A stretch of DNA of 64,000 bases from Haliotis cracherodii (taxonomy: Eukaryota): contig NW_027266264.1 in NCBI RefSeq assembly GCF_022045235.1, forward strand, positions 68,138,001-68,202,000, in the 5' to 3' direction. Shown here piece by piece: positions 9,301 to 21,616 of the stretch. Made by a program: the position numbers and the translations under genes. The notes beneath the pieces were generated by a model. It did not search any database. It saw only the letters and a list, made by a program, of their open reading frames with translations, and had not been told where the DNA came from. Each line of letters starts with the position of its first letter. Position 1 is the first letter of the stretch.

Positions 9301-12300
9301 GGTACTATTAATTTGAGAGACATAAGTCACATGCTTGACATAGCAGACATGGTGACAGCATCCGATGTTCATATATACAAACCTGTCCCATCCTCTAGGG
9401 CAACGTCAATAACTACACGGCGGGTTTCAAAGTCGTGGTACAGCACTCCGGTGTAGGTTCCTTCTATCTTGTCGTACTCCTCATCGCTCAGACGTGAAGT
9501 GTTGATGTAGGTTTGTTTTGTGACGTCGTCATAGATCACATGTGGCGGTAGTTCTGTGTAATACGTTTCATTCTTGAATTCCCATCTGTACCTGAGAGTC
9601 ATCCCCGGGTCTGTGGTTCCCCGCACAGTGAGGTTCATCAGATCACCTTTCTTGATGCCCTGTCTAAGAGGAGGCTGTGTAGTCACTTTGATAGGCTCTA
9701 AAACATGATATAAATTCGTTACATTGAATCATCACTTTATGAAACAACTGAACTGATTTTACCACATGCAATCAACTGTCATGGGTACAATTGGCTCTCA
9801 TGTGGCTGTTTGTTATATGGTACAATCTTACTTTCAATCGGAGCGGTCGGGTAGCCTAATGGTTAAAGCGTTCTCTCGTCACCCGAAGACCCTGGTTCGA
9901 ATCCCGACATGGGTACAATGTTTGAAGCCCATTTCTATTGTCCCCTGCCCGTGATATTGTTGGAATATTGTTTAAAGCAAACTCACTCACACACTCACTT
10001 ACTTTCGATCGAGGTCAGTATCACATTGCTCTCACAGAGCATGTTTCAATTGTGAACATTAGACGTTATAGTGCTTTATCAGAGAAATCTTCATTCTTTC
10101 GCGATAGGTTGATTGCTTTCACTTAACATAGGTATGATATGTTGTGGGTAACAACCAAGATAACGTCCGATGAACTTTTTAATAAAAGGACATTTTACTT
10201 CATAGCTTTCATCAGATGTAGATACTTTGATGTCGGAGCTTTGACGTATGATGTGCAATTTTGCTATTGAAACCCTGTTATACTACCTGGATAATTCATT
10301 TAAGGAAAATGAATTATTGATTTTCGAGTTTATGATCTCACATATAATCATTGATAAGATACAATATTGATGGGATATCAAACGAGCTTTCCATTTCCTA
10401 TCAAGATAATATCATTTGTGAGTAAATGAGTGAGTGAGTGAGTGAGTATGGTTTTATGCTGCTTTTAGCAATACATAATAGTAACATAATATTCCAGAAA
10501 TATCATGGCTAGGGACACCTTGAATACTAGTATATAACATATATTACGTGAGAAACATGACAGAAAATTTTGTAGTTTATTTGCTGCGGTATGACTTGTT
10601 AGTCTATGTATGGAAAACACATTTTCATGAACCAAGATATGAATTATTGATAAAATAAAATTCGTTAAATACATTTTGAATTTGTGATATTTTAAAAACA
10701 TTGTTTATAACTAAAAGGCCAATTTGTAATGCCATTTTTTGTTTTTGTATCATTAATTCGATTTACTGATTTTTGATATAATAAAATAACACATATAAAG
10801 TAAAAAGCGCCTCAATTCAGTCAGAAGGGTATTACCTACCTATGACATTGAGACAACCGTTAGCAAACTCGGAGCCTATCGAGTTGGCTACCCGACATTG
10901 AATGCACATAATGTCATCTGGCTTGGTCAGGTTTGTGACGGTCAGAACACGGTCACGTTCGCTGAACAGGATCTTTTCATTACCTGTGGGCAGAGCAAAG
11001 TTCATGTGTTAACTTAACACTTACTTGGACCATGGCTTTCCGACCATCCGACGTCTCAATATTTAATTCTTTACTTTCATGGTAGTACCTCTCGGCTCTC
11101 AGACTTATAAGTTTCGATACTATCAAAATGCAAGAATAGGATCGCAATAAATATTTCCAACATCTTTTAGTTACGTGACTCATTACACATTTCGCTCATG
11201 ATGTTCTAAATGCATTCACATAGGGTTGCCGGTAAAACTCATAGAGAATTATTAGAGCAGTAACCCCTTCCCACGGTAGATCGAAACAAAACATATTTTT
11301 TTCTGGGAAATAGACATACTAAATGGTGAATAAGGATGGCTGTGTCCTTTCCTTTGGTGGCAGGGGTATTCTTCAGAGTGTTCTCTTCTCGATTACTGAC
11401 TTACTGATAGGAGTTCATATGATTCATAAGAAATGATGACATTTCATGAACAACTGAACGCATACATCGTCAACACCAGATAATAACCAGTCTCGATTAT
11501 CCGTCGAAACAGATTCCACTGACCCTAACCCTTTCCATTTTCATCGATTGTACGATTCCGACTTTATCATGAACATGTATTTGTGAATCACTATCAAATA
11601 GTGATGATACTTGTCTTCTCGAAAAGGTAGTCGAATCCTGCCCCTCCGATTGCCCCTCATAAACACATGCAAAGGCATTTCAATTGTTTACCTAAAGGCA
11701 ACATATGGTACAAGGGACTTGCATCGGACATGTCACAGATAGTGATGCGTCACTGATGCGTCAAGTTTGGAATGTCCCGTATATGTCTACCATAGACGCA
11801 AAAGTCTGGAGCTGCTGGGATATTGCTCGACATGAAGGGAAAGTTGACTTTTGGAAAGTTGAAGTCGTCGCTCTTGTCGAAGAGTCGTGTGAAGAGTTTA
11901 TTGTCCCTCTGAAATCTATGCACATATCTTAATATGAAATAGACGAGGCGGTTTCACTGATCTCCCTTATGTTAAGTTCAGGTGGGTAAATCAGTGGAAG
12001 GGAATTGGCTATTAGACGGTTATTGAACGATATCAGATAACCGATATACCTTAAACTTAAGTTACACTTGGCCAAATTCCCTTGTTTTGAATTTGCTGAT
12101 CGATGATTGTATGAAAGATTGTGGTTAATCTTTAAGAAGGGTATATTAGCAGGACCCAGCAATATATCTCTATTTGTACGGAACACTGTGGAGCTTTGGT
12201 ATCAAGTTCAAAAAGGGTTATGACATATCTTCGGATAAAGCCAAAAGCTGATAGTACTGTTGCGTGGTTTAAGCAGTTTACTTCCTCAGGTTACATACTG

Positions 12301-15300
12301 GCCTAATATTTATCATGATTCGATTCACCTAAGTGAAGTTCTTTAACTACAATTACTGTAGTTATGCTTACATATAATGGTTATGTTATCTGAGGCCTTG
12401 TCAGTGGGAATATATAACGTCAACGTCAGAGAATAATGAGTTTCGACCATCCAGCAGGACAGATTCCATAAAGCGTAAAAAGCAGAAGGTCGGAAGGGCA
12501 AGCCAACACTACCGGTCACAGCCGCCACTCATACAAGCTTTATAAACAAGTAAGTGTTCGTCCATCGTCTTACAACAAGACATAATCAGGTTCGAACACT
12601 CATAGTAAAATACCCCTATGAATGACAATCCAACAATAGAGAATAATCTGTACCTGGAGGATTGTTCATGTTGATCTCCACCCCATTCTTGAACCACACA
12701 GGGGTACTCGGCTCATTCTCCGCACGAGCCGAACGGGCCTTACAGGTGAAGGTGGCATCTCGACCCTCGGGTATAGTCTTGTTGTGAATGCCCTGTACCC
12801 AGATAGGACCAGCTGCAACATGATATATGATGATTAAATTTACAACACCCACCCTCATCCCTGCCACCATCTACATCAACAGCCCTTCCCCCCACCCCAC
12901 CCAAAAACAAACAAACAAACAAACAAACAAACAAACAAACAAACAAACAAACAAACAAACAAACAAACAAACAAAACAAAAAACATATCCACTAGTATCC
13001 CCAGAAAAAATATCCATTATCAACCTATCAATATCCCTACAATGATATTCACAAGCATTTCCACAATAGTCCCACCAATGACCTCACAAACATCCAGAAA
13101 AACATCCACACGATCATCCCTACAAACGACCCGTACAAACACATACGCAATCACCTCACCATTATCCCGACAAACATATTCAACAAAATCCCCAGAAATA
13201 TATCCACAATCATATCCAACCAAAGCACACAGAAACGTCCCCCATTACATCCCTTGATCGTCCCACCAACATCCCAACACCCACACGAACATATACACAA
13301 TCATACCCACAATCATCGCACCAACATCCCAACAAACACATAAACGAACATCCCCACAAACATATCTACAATCATCCCACAAACATCCCCACAAACATAT
13401 CTACAATTATCCCACAAACATCCCCACCAAACGAGATCCCTAATCATCCCACCAATATCCGCACAAACATATCTACAATCATCCCACAAACATCCCCACC
13501 AAACGAGATCCACAATCATCCCACCAATATCCGCACAAACATATCTACAATCATCCCACAAACATCCCCACCAAACGAGATCCACAATCATCCCACCAAT
13601 ATCCGCACAAAGACATCTACAATCATCCCACAAACATCCCAACCGATAACCAAAGAATGAGATCCGCAATCATCCAAACCAATATCCGCACACACATATC
13701 TGACAACACTCTCACAAACATATCCACAATCATTCCATCAACACCTCCATCAACATCCACACATACATCCCAATAAACATTTCAACAATCAAAACAGCCA
13801 CATCCATCCAACTTCTCCACAAAGATATCCACAATCAACCCATCAACAACCTCAAAAACATCCCTAAAATACATCCACGCAATTATATCCATATTTCCCC
13901 CACAAACGTCGACTAAAATATATCCACAATCACCCCACCATCATCCCCACAAACATATTCACTGATATTACCAGAAACATCCACAATCATAACCGCCCAA
14001 AGTACACAGTCACATCCCCCAAAACACACCCACATTTGTCCCCAAATCCCTACAAACATATCCATAATCACACCCACAATCATCGCACCAACATCCCAAC
14101 AAATATATTCACAATCTTCAACAAACATCCCAAGAAAGATATCCACAGTCATCGCACCAATATCCGCACAAACATATCGATATCCGACCACCATCTCACA
14201 AACATCTCCGACCACACTCTCACACACATATTCATAATCAGTCCATCAACATCCCCATCAACAGGCTCACCAACATCCGAACAAACATATCTCCTACAAT
14301 TAACCAAGCAACATCCAACCCACTTCCCCACAGAAAATATCCCCACTCATCCCACCAACATTCCAATAAACACATCTACAATCAACCCAGCTACATCCGA
14401 CCAACATCCCAACCAGCATCCCCACAAACATCCCCTCCAACATATCCACCTTCATCCCCACAAACTTTTCCACTAACATCCCTACAAACATTCACAATTC
14501 ACAATTTGGAACATCCTACACAGATCTCCCACACCACTGCTGCATCCAACACATTTACACCCTCCCAGAGACACTAAAACCTGCCATTCTCGAAGACATC
14601 ACGGAGACAGTACATGCTTGAAATGGAACCAACACATGTTGTGTTGTGGAATAGCTCATGACAACCTACATGTTACGTTCAGGAAGATGATGTCTTCGAC
14701 AGAAATAGAGCTTTTCCCCTTGCATCTATAAATGCCTTCATCATCATCTGTTAGGTTGACAATGTGCAGTTTCATGTTGTTCTTGTCAAGTTTGTACTTC
14801 TTGTTGGTCGTGATGGGCTCTCTCCGTGGGTTATACCACTGGACTGACGGGATAGGGCTTCAGATACAGAAAATTGGCATAAAATACATTACACTTCTTC
14901 GTAAAATCACAGCCTGCAAAAAAGCTCTATTTCAGATGCTGCATTTAACCCTATTCCTATTTCCTATTATCCCGATTTCGATGTCCACGTTATTCATGTT
15001 GCTTTACTTTTCATTTATATTATTATTATAAAATATAGTATCAGGTTAAACTAACTATTATCATGTAAATTTGATGATAAATGACAGATTAAAATGACAA
15101 ATGAAATGATAAAATGGAACCTATGGCTGTACAATTTGTACTTGATTGATGCAAGTGTCTCAAGTTTGCTGATGGCAATCTGATTTCTTTGGATTACTAT
15201 GGTTTCTTGAAGTTTTGATTAATCCTATCGTAATTCCTGATTTGGTGTGCTTCGAGAGCCTTTTCCTCTCACTCTATGTTAATGTATGGAAACTACACCA

Positions 15301-18300
15301 GGCCTATAGAATGTTATGGAACTGTTGACACTTACTTTCCACTGAAAACACACTCCAGTTCTGCTTTTTGGCCTATGAGGAACTGGGTATCGGCGGTCTT
15401 AAACACATTTTTCGGAGGCACTTGGGGTTTAACTAAAGTTATAAACCAAGATGGTTCAGAAACAGGTCATAAAGAAACAGATCCGCAAGAAGGGGAGCAC
15501 AAAATGTGTGTTACCCAAAAGTTTACATAAACGTTATTAATGAGGAAGTCCAGCATTTCACATATTGTTTTGTCAGTAAACTACAGATTGAATTTGGATA
15601 ACAGCCGCCTGGGACAGAATGGGTTAATTCCAATTTTGTTTCCTCTTTTTCAGTTTGTGCGTTTTACCAATGACATCACGCACTGATTGAAGCAACCCTG
15701 AAGACAATTCAACAGGTTCCTGCTCTCTTTTGTCCCATTCATTGGCATATTGTTCGACAGCATCCATAATAAGTTGTGATCTCCATTTGAAGGAGGCTAC
15801 CCACGACATTTTGGTCCATATTTGATATAACTGACGAAGGTTGCTATTGTCAACAATAGCGAAGCCACCTGTGATTATATGACCAACAGGTTGATAGCAG
15901 TATTGTGAGTCTTGGCAGCCACAAGTTGTGGAATTAACATGAAGAGCTGCCAAGTCCACGTTCTACAACACGTTTCTATAATTGCATATGAATGAGTTTA
16001 TCATTCACTATCAAATGAAAGAGAGGCAAGCTGAGGGTATGGTACCACTTATAAATATATCAAAACTCCATGTTTTACTGCAATATGTTTGCTATTGTTT
16101 TTAATAGAGCAGCTTTGTCTGATATGTTATCAAATGTGAAATCATACTAAATCGTATACAACTGTTACACTGAATGGACTGATTCAAATGGGTTCGCATA
16201 TTCTCACCTTCTACTGGTTTAACTGTCAGCTTCTTTGGGCTGCCAAGTTGGATATTATTGCGATTGACATTGTACATGGCGCACTTGTATATATCAACAC
16301 CAGTCTGGTCTTCCATTTCCAAGAAGATAAAATGCAGGGTTCCTTTGAATTAAAAATTTACGCTATTATTCATGCATATACATTGTAAATGATTAGGTGT
16401 GGAAGCTCTGAATTAGTGTGTCCTTAAAGAAAGCTTTATAGAGCGCACCAACCATAACATCCTGACATTATGCCTGTTGGTTATGATGGGGAGTCATGGT
16501 GGTTCTGTTAAAACATTGGGCTACAACGGTTCTGCTTGCTCTAAATGCTCTGCTGACTGTCTCCGTCACGAGGCTGTAATTTAACATTTAAGGGAGTGTG
16601 ATGATTTAAAACAACAGATAGCTTCAAACTTAGGCGCTGCATTAAAAACTCCCCTCCGCCAAAAAAAACGCAGAACTTAAGACCTTCTGTGATTAAAAGT
16701 AGGTCTTACAACTCCCATATGGTCACTTTTCGGCTGCTAGTGTATCGTCAGTATGTTGCATTATGTACTAGTATATATGTCCTTTAGCTGTACCAGTCTC
16801 AGCTGGTGGTGGTCCAGAGTTGGACCCATTGTGATCCTTGGTCGGTCTGCACCATGCACGTGCTTGTGGGTTTCATCAAAGTGGTACGAACAAAGTCCCA
16901 TTGGGTCTTCTTCCCAAACAAACACAAACATATTCGAACTATTGCTGTAAACACACTACACTACACTACAAATTACCCCCAAGTCTACATGATAACAACA
17001 ACATACAGTGTACATCAAGAATCAGCAGGATGCAAACCTTTATCGTCAATATAGATTCTTTCGCTTTCTTTAACTTGTCCCTGGGTGCCATCTGTTCCTT
17101 GTCGGAACCACATGAAGCGTGCTGGAGGAACGCTCTCTGGAACATCCCCACACTCGAGGCTGGCATACTCCCCCTCCGACTTGATTATGGGTGTTGGTAG
17201 GGCGCCGCTGTCAGACCAACTTTCTAGAACTAGAAACAGCACCAGTATGATGATGTCAAACACAGGCGGCATTAAATGATGAGATGGACCTGTATATCAT
17301 TACCATGGGATTGTTTTGTGTATTGTTATTATTAAACAGTTCTCCCAATTGTAATTGTGGACTATTCCAGTGTATTGAAAGGTGTAAACCCAAGAAGGTA
17401 GGGATACAGATCTTCAAGGGTCGAATGTCAAAATATTTTCGAAAGAAATACAGCTTATATATCATATTGTGAATTTCAGAAAACACATAATAACTCATAA
17501 ATAATATCTTCGGCTTTGAAGATATACCGTGACTGCACTGTTGTTTTAATAGGCATTGAAAATATATTTTTTCTAATGATGCTTTATAATTCAGTTGAAA
17601 GGGTAATAGCAGAGTGTAACTATGTTTCCTCATGATGTTTTATAATTAAGTTAAACTGAACAACTGGAATCCGTATATGAGTTAATGTTGTTTATCGCAT
17701 ATATGGGTGAGAGAAATAACTGTTTGTATGTTTGAACAAATGATATAAATTCAGTATGACCATTGTGTCTCTTAACGGGAAAACAATATGGGTCATCTTG
17801 ACTTTCGATGTCAATTCAGCCTTTAACAAATTGAAGAATTATTATATTGGAGTGGTTATTATTCTGCATTGACAATTTATTTCACATTGTTTCACCATAG
17901 ATAGCCTTGAACATATACTGATGGTATATACGACTCTTTACAAAACCTGTGATGGGTGACTACACACCCACAGAATGAATACAGCCATAAGCAGTCACAG
18001 AAAATATACACGTGACTCTACACTGACACAATAAACAAATTCGTGGAAAGTGTTGGATTTATGACTATGCACTGACAGAATTAACAGAACCATACACATC
18101 CTTGGACATGTGACGTCACATTTGGACCAGTGAGGCTTCTCACTGTATTTGTAAACGCTCTGATTAAAAAACAGCATCAATAAAAGCCTAACTTCCCTCA
18201 CGAAAGTTTTAACGATAAACCTGTTTACAGACAGGCATACTTAGACTGCGTCCAACTGTTCCACTATGAACTTGCTATTGATGCAGTTGATCGATATGCT

Positions 18301-21222
18301 GCACTGAATATGTAATTAACTAAAAGCTGAAACAGTATTTTTCCATCAAGATAAGAGAAATTAGTCAGTAATTGTCAGGAAACAAACATTAAATTGTCTC
18401 ACTATAATGTGGAGTTCCCAAGGGTTCTGATTTTGGTCGCTATTTATTCTGTACAACAGCCAGTTTAAAAAAACCCGGATAAATGAGTTTCCCCTGCCAT
18501 ACCTTTATAGCCCCATGGATCTCACAATAAATGCTATGATATTACATAATAGTCCAAATCACTGGTATAAAGCCTTCAGTTCAGAAGGTTCAATAGGATG
18601 TTATAGTTTTGATTCGGTACGTTCAAACATATCTAAAGTCGAAGGCATCAAAGTTGCAGGTAATGCACTATACAATCAAAGGGGAATAACTCACCGATTT
18701 CTATCAGGGTTGTAACGGGTGACATGGCTAACGGGTTCACATCCGAACCAACATTATTCCCCACTGCACACTGATACTCCCCCTGCTCTCTGTCTGTGAA
18801 GCTGGGTATAGTCAGGGTGCCGTTAGTTCTGTCTACTTTTATATGCTCGTTTGACGATTTAACCTCGTCTCCTTTGAAGAACCATTTGTATCTGAAAATA
18901 GAACGGATTTGGAGGTGATATCACAATACATTTTTGACAACCGTTGCTTCAATTAAAGATTATTTAATGTAATAGCTCTCTTGTTATCGCTTACAAGCCA
19001 TAGCTTATGATAAGGGTTATTTTGCTCACGTGGGTCTGGGGTTTCCCTCTGCCGTGCAGGGGAGAACAACCTCCGAATCTTTCTTGATGTAATCCTTCTT
19101 ATGGGCGTCCGGTTTAGTTATGTATGGTGGAATTCCTATGAAAATAGTAAATATAATAATAATATACAGTTGAATTTGGCGGGAATGAGGGGATTATCCG
19201 TATTTCAAAGAATACTAGTGAGTGAGAATAGTTTTACGCCGCTTTTAGCAATATTCCAGCAATATCACGGCGGGGACACCAGAAATGGGCTTCACACATT
19301 GTACCCATGTCGGGAATCGAACTCGGGTCTTCGGCGTGACGAGCGAACGCTTTAACCACTAGGCTACCCGACCGCCCCTAAAGAATACTAGTATATGAGG
19401 ATATGCCATGTAATATGTAATCCTCAGGAAATAATGGAATTATATGTGCCCATTGAATTGACGAGGGTTTTCCACATTTCACAATGATGGTAACATCATG
19501 GTAACTAAGCTGAAACCTTCAACGCTAGTCATGTATGGAATTATATGTGCCCATTGAATTGACAAGGGGTTTTCCACATTTCACAATGTCTTCATATGCC
19601 TGTATACCTATTGTGTACACATGTATGTCTGCCTACAGCTACCATTATCTGTAAATGAAGCGAAAAAGGCCTTTCCACATCCAATACAAATCTCGATTAC
19701 ACGATTCCGACTATAGCATGGGAATGTGTTCATGAAGCACTATCAAATAGTAATGATACCAGGTGTTCGCGAAAAGTTGAGCGTACCCTTTCCCACCGGT
19801 GGTATTCGTCACAAACACATGCAAAGGAAGTCAATTGTTCAAATGAAAAAATACGGGAACATATTGTACACGTCAAAATAAGGAATTGCATTGGACATCA
19901 TTTTTGTCACTGATGCGTCAAATTTGGAAATGTCTACCATAAACCTTTCGAAAGCTTTACTGAGGCCTTGAATGTTCTAACCTTGATCAAACATCGTATG
20001 GCTCTCTTTGAAATTTTCGTAGAAAGAGCCTGCTCGATTGTATCTCAAAAGTTGTGAAATGTAAACACCAAAGGCTGGAGCTACTGGAATATAGCTCGAC
20101 ATAAGGGAAAGTTGACTATTAGATAATGAAGTCATCCCTTTTGTCTTAAGTAATATCAGTGGCAGTAGAAACTATTGTAGATGTATTTGTGATAATTGTC
20201 AGTGGCAGCAAAAGCTCGTGAAATGTCGAGTGTGGTAAAGTCCAGATTTTAACAGGAAGTGAGTATAGTTATTTACTCATTGCTGTTGTAAACATACATA
20301 TATATGCTCTCTGCCACATGGCATTCATTCACCTGATGAAGGAGTAAGCATATACTCCCAAACGTTGTGTTCCTCATAATGATAAGTTGACATCTATATA
20401 TTCTCTTTCTTAGAGAAAAAGGTTGTTATAAAATATAATACCTTAGCCAATTCGTTTAGCACAGTAACACCAGTCGCAAGTCAGTAAAAGATCAAAACTG
20501 CCCCACAATAACGTACTTGCGAAACTAAGATTCAACCTGACCACCCAGTAACAGAACGGTCCGTCAAGGTCTAGCGATTCATGATGATCATTACATTCGA
20601 TAGCGCCGAGGTTCTTTAACGAGACGTGCGGACCTCGGTGAAGAAAACCACCCCAAGCTAGCAGGGAAAACTGTTCGCTCCCGGAACTGAATCGAACCGT
20701 GCTTTCTAAAATATGGATAAAACAAATAGCACACAACCTACTAAACCGATTTTGGACATGCAGGTACGAAAATAAAGGGCCACAGGTACCATTAAACATT
20801 TACAACCAGATATGTTCAATGAGTAAGGTAGGAAAAATGACTACAAATATATGAGAAATATCTACTTAGTTCTAGATAATCCCACTACGGCATGTAAATC
20901 AACGTTACTAAAACACATTCAATACACGAAGAAGCTTACATACACATATGAGATAACGACATATGTCAAATCGACACACATATGATAAGAAAACAAAAAA
21001 CAAATGCAAGAGAAAAAAATATACAGACAACAAATTCGCGAGCGACAGCTTAATGAGCACGAGAAGGGAGGCGATAGGATCACTGTACCGTGACGAACTG
21101 GGTTTTACGATCCGGTACCAGACACATTACATTAATTACAAAACTGTTAAACATATCTTACTCTGAGACGTGACACTGGGTACTGCGGCCAGCAAACAGA
21201 CGAGGGAGAAGATGGGTGTCAT
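6332..21222 (-). CDS. Gene A: L1CAM/neuroglian/hemolin-like type I membrane protein (SP-5xIg-TM-tail), 13 coding exons, ~618 aa
   Basis: Exons 21162-21222, 19030-19135, 18695-18891, 17038-17229, 16208-16342, 15336-15432, 14670-14857, 12654-12812, 10840-10983, 9383-9697, 8522-8656, 7218-7302, 6332-6374. All have GT-AG boundaries and compatible phases, sum to 1857 nt and contain no internal stop. Ig motifs include CTAEGNPRP-YKW, GEYQC, LECVFSG-P-P-V-W and DEGIYRC. Confidence 0.9.
6670..6900 (-). mobile_element. SINE family 4, degenerate
   Basis: aaacccacg...gggtatggtgctgacaaa...aagggacgcaactct. Confidence 0.7.
6960..7217. repeat. 48-bp minisatellite x~5
   Basis: TGGGTATCTATACCCACTACAGTCAGGGTATGTACAGACGCTCTATTC. 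Confidence 0.95.
7218..7302 (-). CDS. Gene A cytoplasmic exon 1
   Basis: IYKTELDVAYLDPDDDIQKCKFQEVTKIE; TTTCAG and GTGAGT. Confidence 0.88.
8522..8656 (-). CDS. Gene A transmembrane exon
   Basis: WVIILVVLFVVLLVLLVLAFIAM followed by basic SRKK and EEGAYK. Confidence 0.92.
9383..9697 (-). CDS. Gene A membrane-proximal cysteine-less Ig-like exon
   Basis: EPIKVTTQP...GTTDPGMTLRYRW...GTYTGVLYHDFET; phase 1/1, 315 nt. Confidence 0.9.
9840..10000 (+). mobile_element. SINE family 1
   Basis: A/B boxes and body match the other copies. Confidence 0.85.
10840..10983 (-). CDS. Gene A Ig4 C-half exon
   Basis: VLTVTNLTKPDDIMCIQCRVANSIGSEFANGCLNVI. Confidence 0.9.
11480..12300 (-). mobile_element. Penelope-like (Naiad-type) RT 3' relic
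   Basis: IYPPELNIREISETASSISY...DKSDDFNFPKVNFPFMSSNIPAAP, frameshifted. Confidence 0.8.
12654..12812 (-). CDS. Gene A Ig4 N-half exon
   Basis: GPIWVQGIHNKTIPEGRDATFTCKA...PVWFKNG. Confidence 0.9.
12903..14520. repeat. (CAAA)n followed by A/C-rich low-complexity tract with 72-bp units at ~13370-13640
   Basis: Very few G on the plus strand; recurrent acaaacatcccca and caatcatccca. Confidence 0.85.
14670..14857 (-). CDS. Gene A Ig3 C-half exon
   Basis: PIPSVQWYN...KLHIVNLTDDDEGIYRCKG...IFLNVT. Confidence 0.9.
15336..15432 (-). CDS. Gene A Ig3 N-half exon
   Basis: VKPQVPPKNVFKT...GQKAELECVFSG; donor GTAAGT. Confidence 0.9.
15460..16100 (-). mobile_element. Penelope-like (Naiad-type) relic with CxC linker and RT piece
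   Basis: TCGCQDSQYCYQPVGHIITG (CxC linker) and CAPLLADLFL (RT). Confidence 0.75.
16208..16342 (-). CDS. Gene A Ig2 C-half exon
   Basis: GTLHFIFLEMEDQ...YKCAMYN...LGSPKKLTV; donor GTGAGA. Confidence 0.9.
17038..17229 (-). CDS. Gene A Ig2 N-half exon
   Basis: EGEYASLECGDVPESVPPARFMW...ERIYIDDK. Confidence 0.9.
18695..18891 (-). CDS. Gene A Ig1 C-half exon
   Basis: YKWFFKG...NGTLTIPSFTDREQGEYQC...AMSPVTTLIEI; TTTCAG and GTGAGT. Confidence 0.92.
19030..19135 (-). CDS. Gene A Ig1 N-half exon
   Basis: IPPYITKP...VVLPCTAEGNPRP; AG and GTGAG boundaries. Confidence 0.9.
19220..19379 (-). mobile_element. SINE family 1, full length
   Basis: TSD AAAGAATACTAGT at 19207-19219 and 19380-19392. Confidence 0.92.
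19660..20150 (-). mobile_element. Penelope-like RT C-terminus plus 3' repeat relic
   Basis: Homologous to 22720-23280. Confidence 0.8.
21162..21222 (-). CDS. Gene A signal-peptide exon (MTPIFSLVCLLAAVPSVTSQ)
   Basis: ATG at 21222, hydrophobic core, phase-1 donor GTAAGA; acceptor TTTACAG at 21267. Confidence 0.85.
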
Positions 21223-21424
21223 TGTTACTCTTAGCCCCGCCAAGGACAGTGTCCCACACAGGCAGTCTGTAAACAGTACATAGAAGTGAAACTTGAGTAA
21301 CAAACATTATTAAGACATACGTTTGTTGTAGACAAAACATTACAGTGTTTTCCCGATAACGCACAATGCATACATGAATGTGCCAGTGGCCTTCACAAAT
21401 ACATTTGAATGAAAACAGTAAATA

Positions 21425-21616
21425 CAGTAAACTACGGTTATAACGAACACGTTTATAACGAACTGATGGATATAACGAACTAATTTTTTAGTCCCGACTG
21501 TTTGATGTAGTTATGCTGTATATATGCTTATTACGGTTAATCTATGGAACGAATTACGGTTATAACGAACTAAAATTAGTAGTCCCTTTGAGTTCGTTAT
21601 AACCGTAGTTTACATG
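21425..21616. mobile_element. Tc1/pogo-type MITE
   Basis: 22-bp perfect TIR GTAAACTACGGTTATAACGAAC; TA at the left end. Confidence 0.85.
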
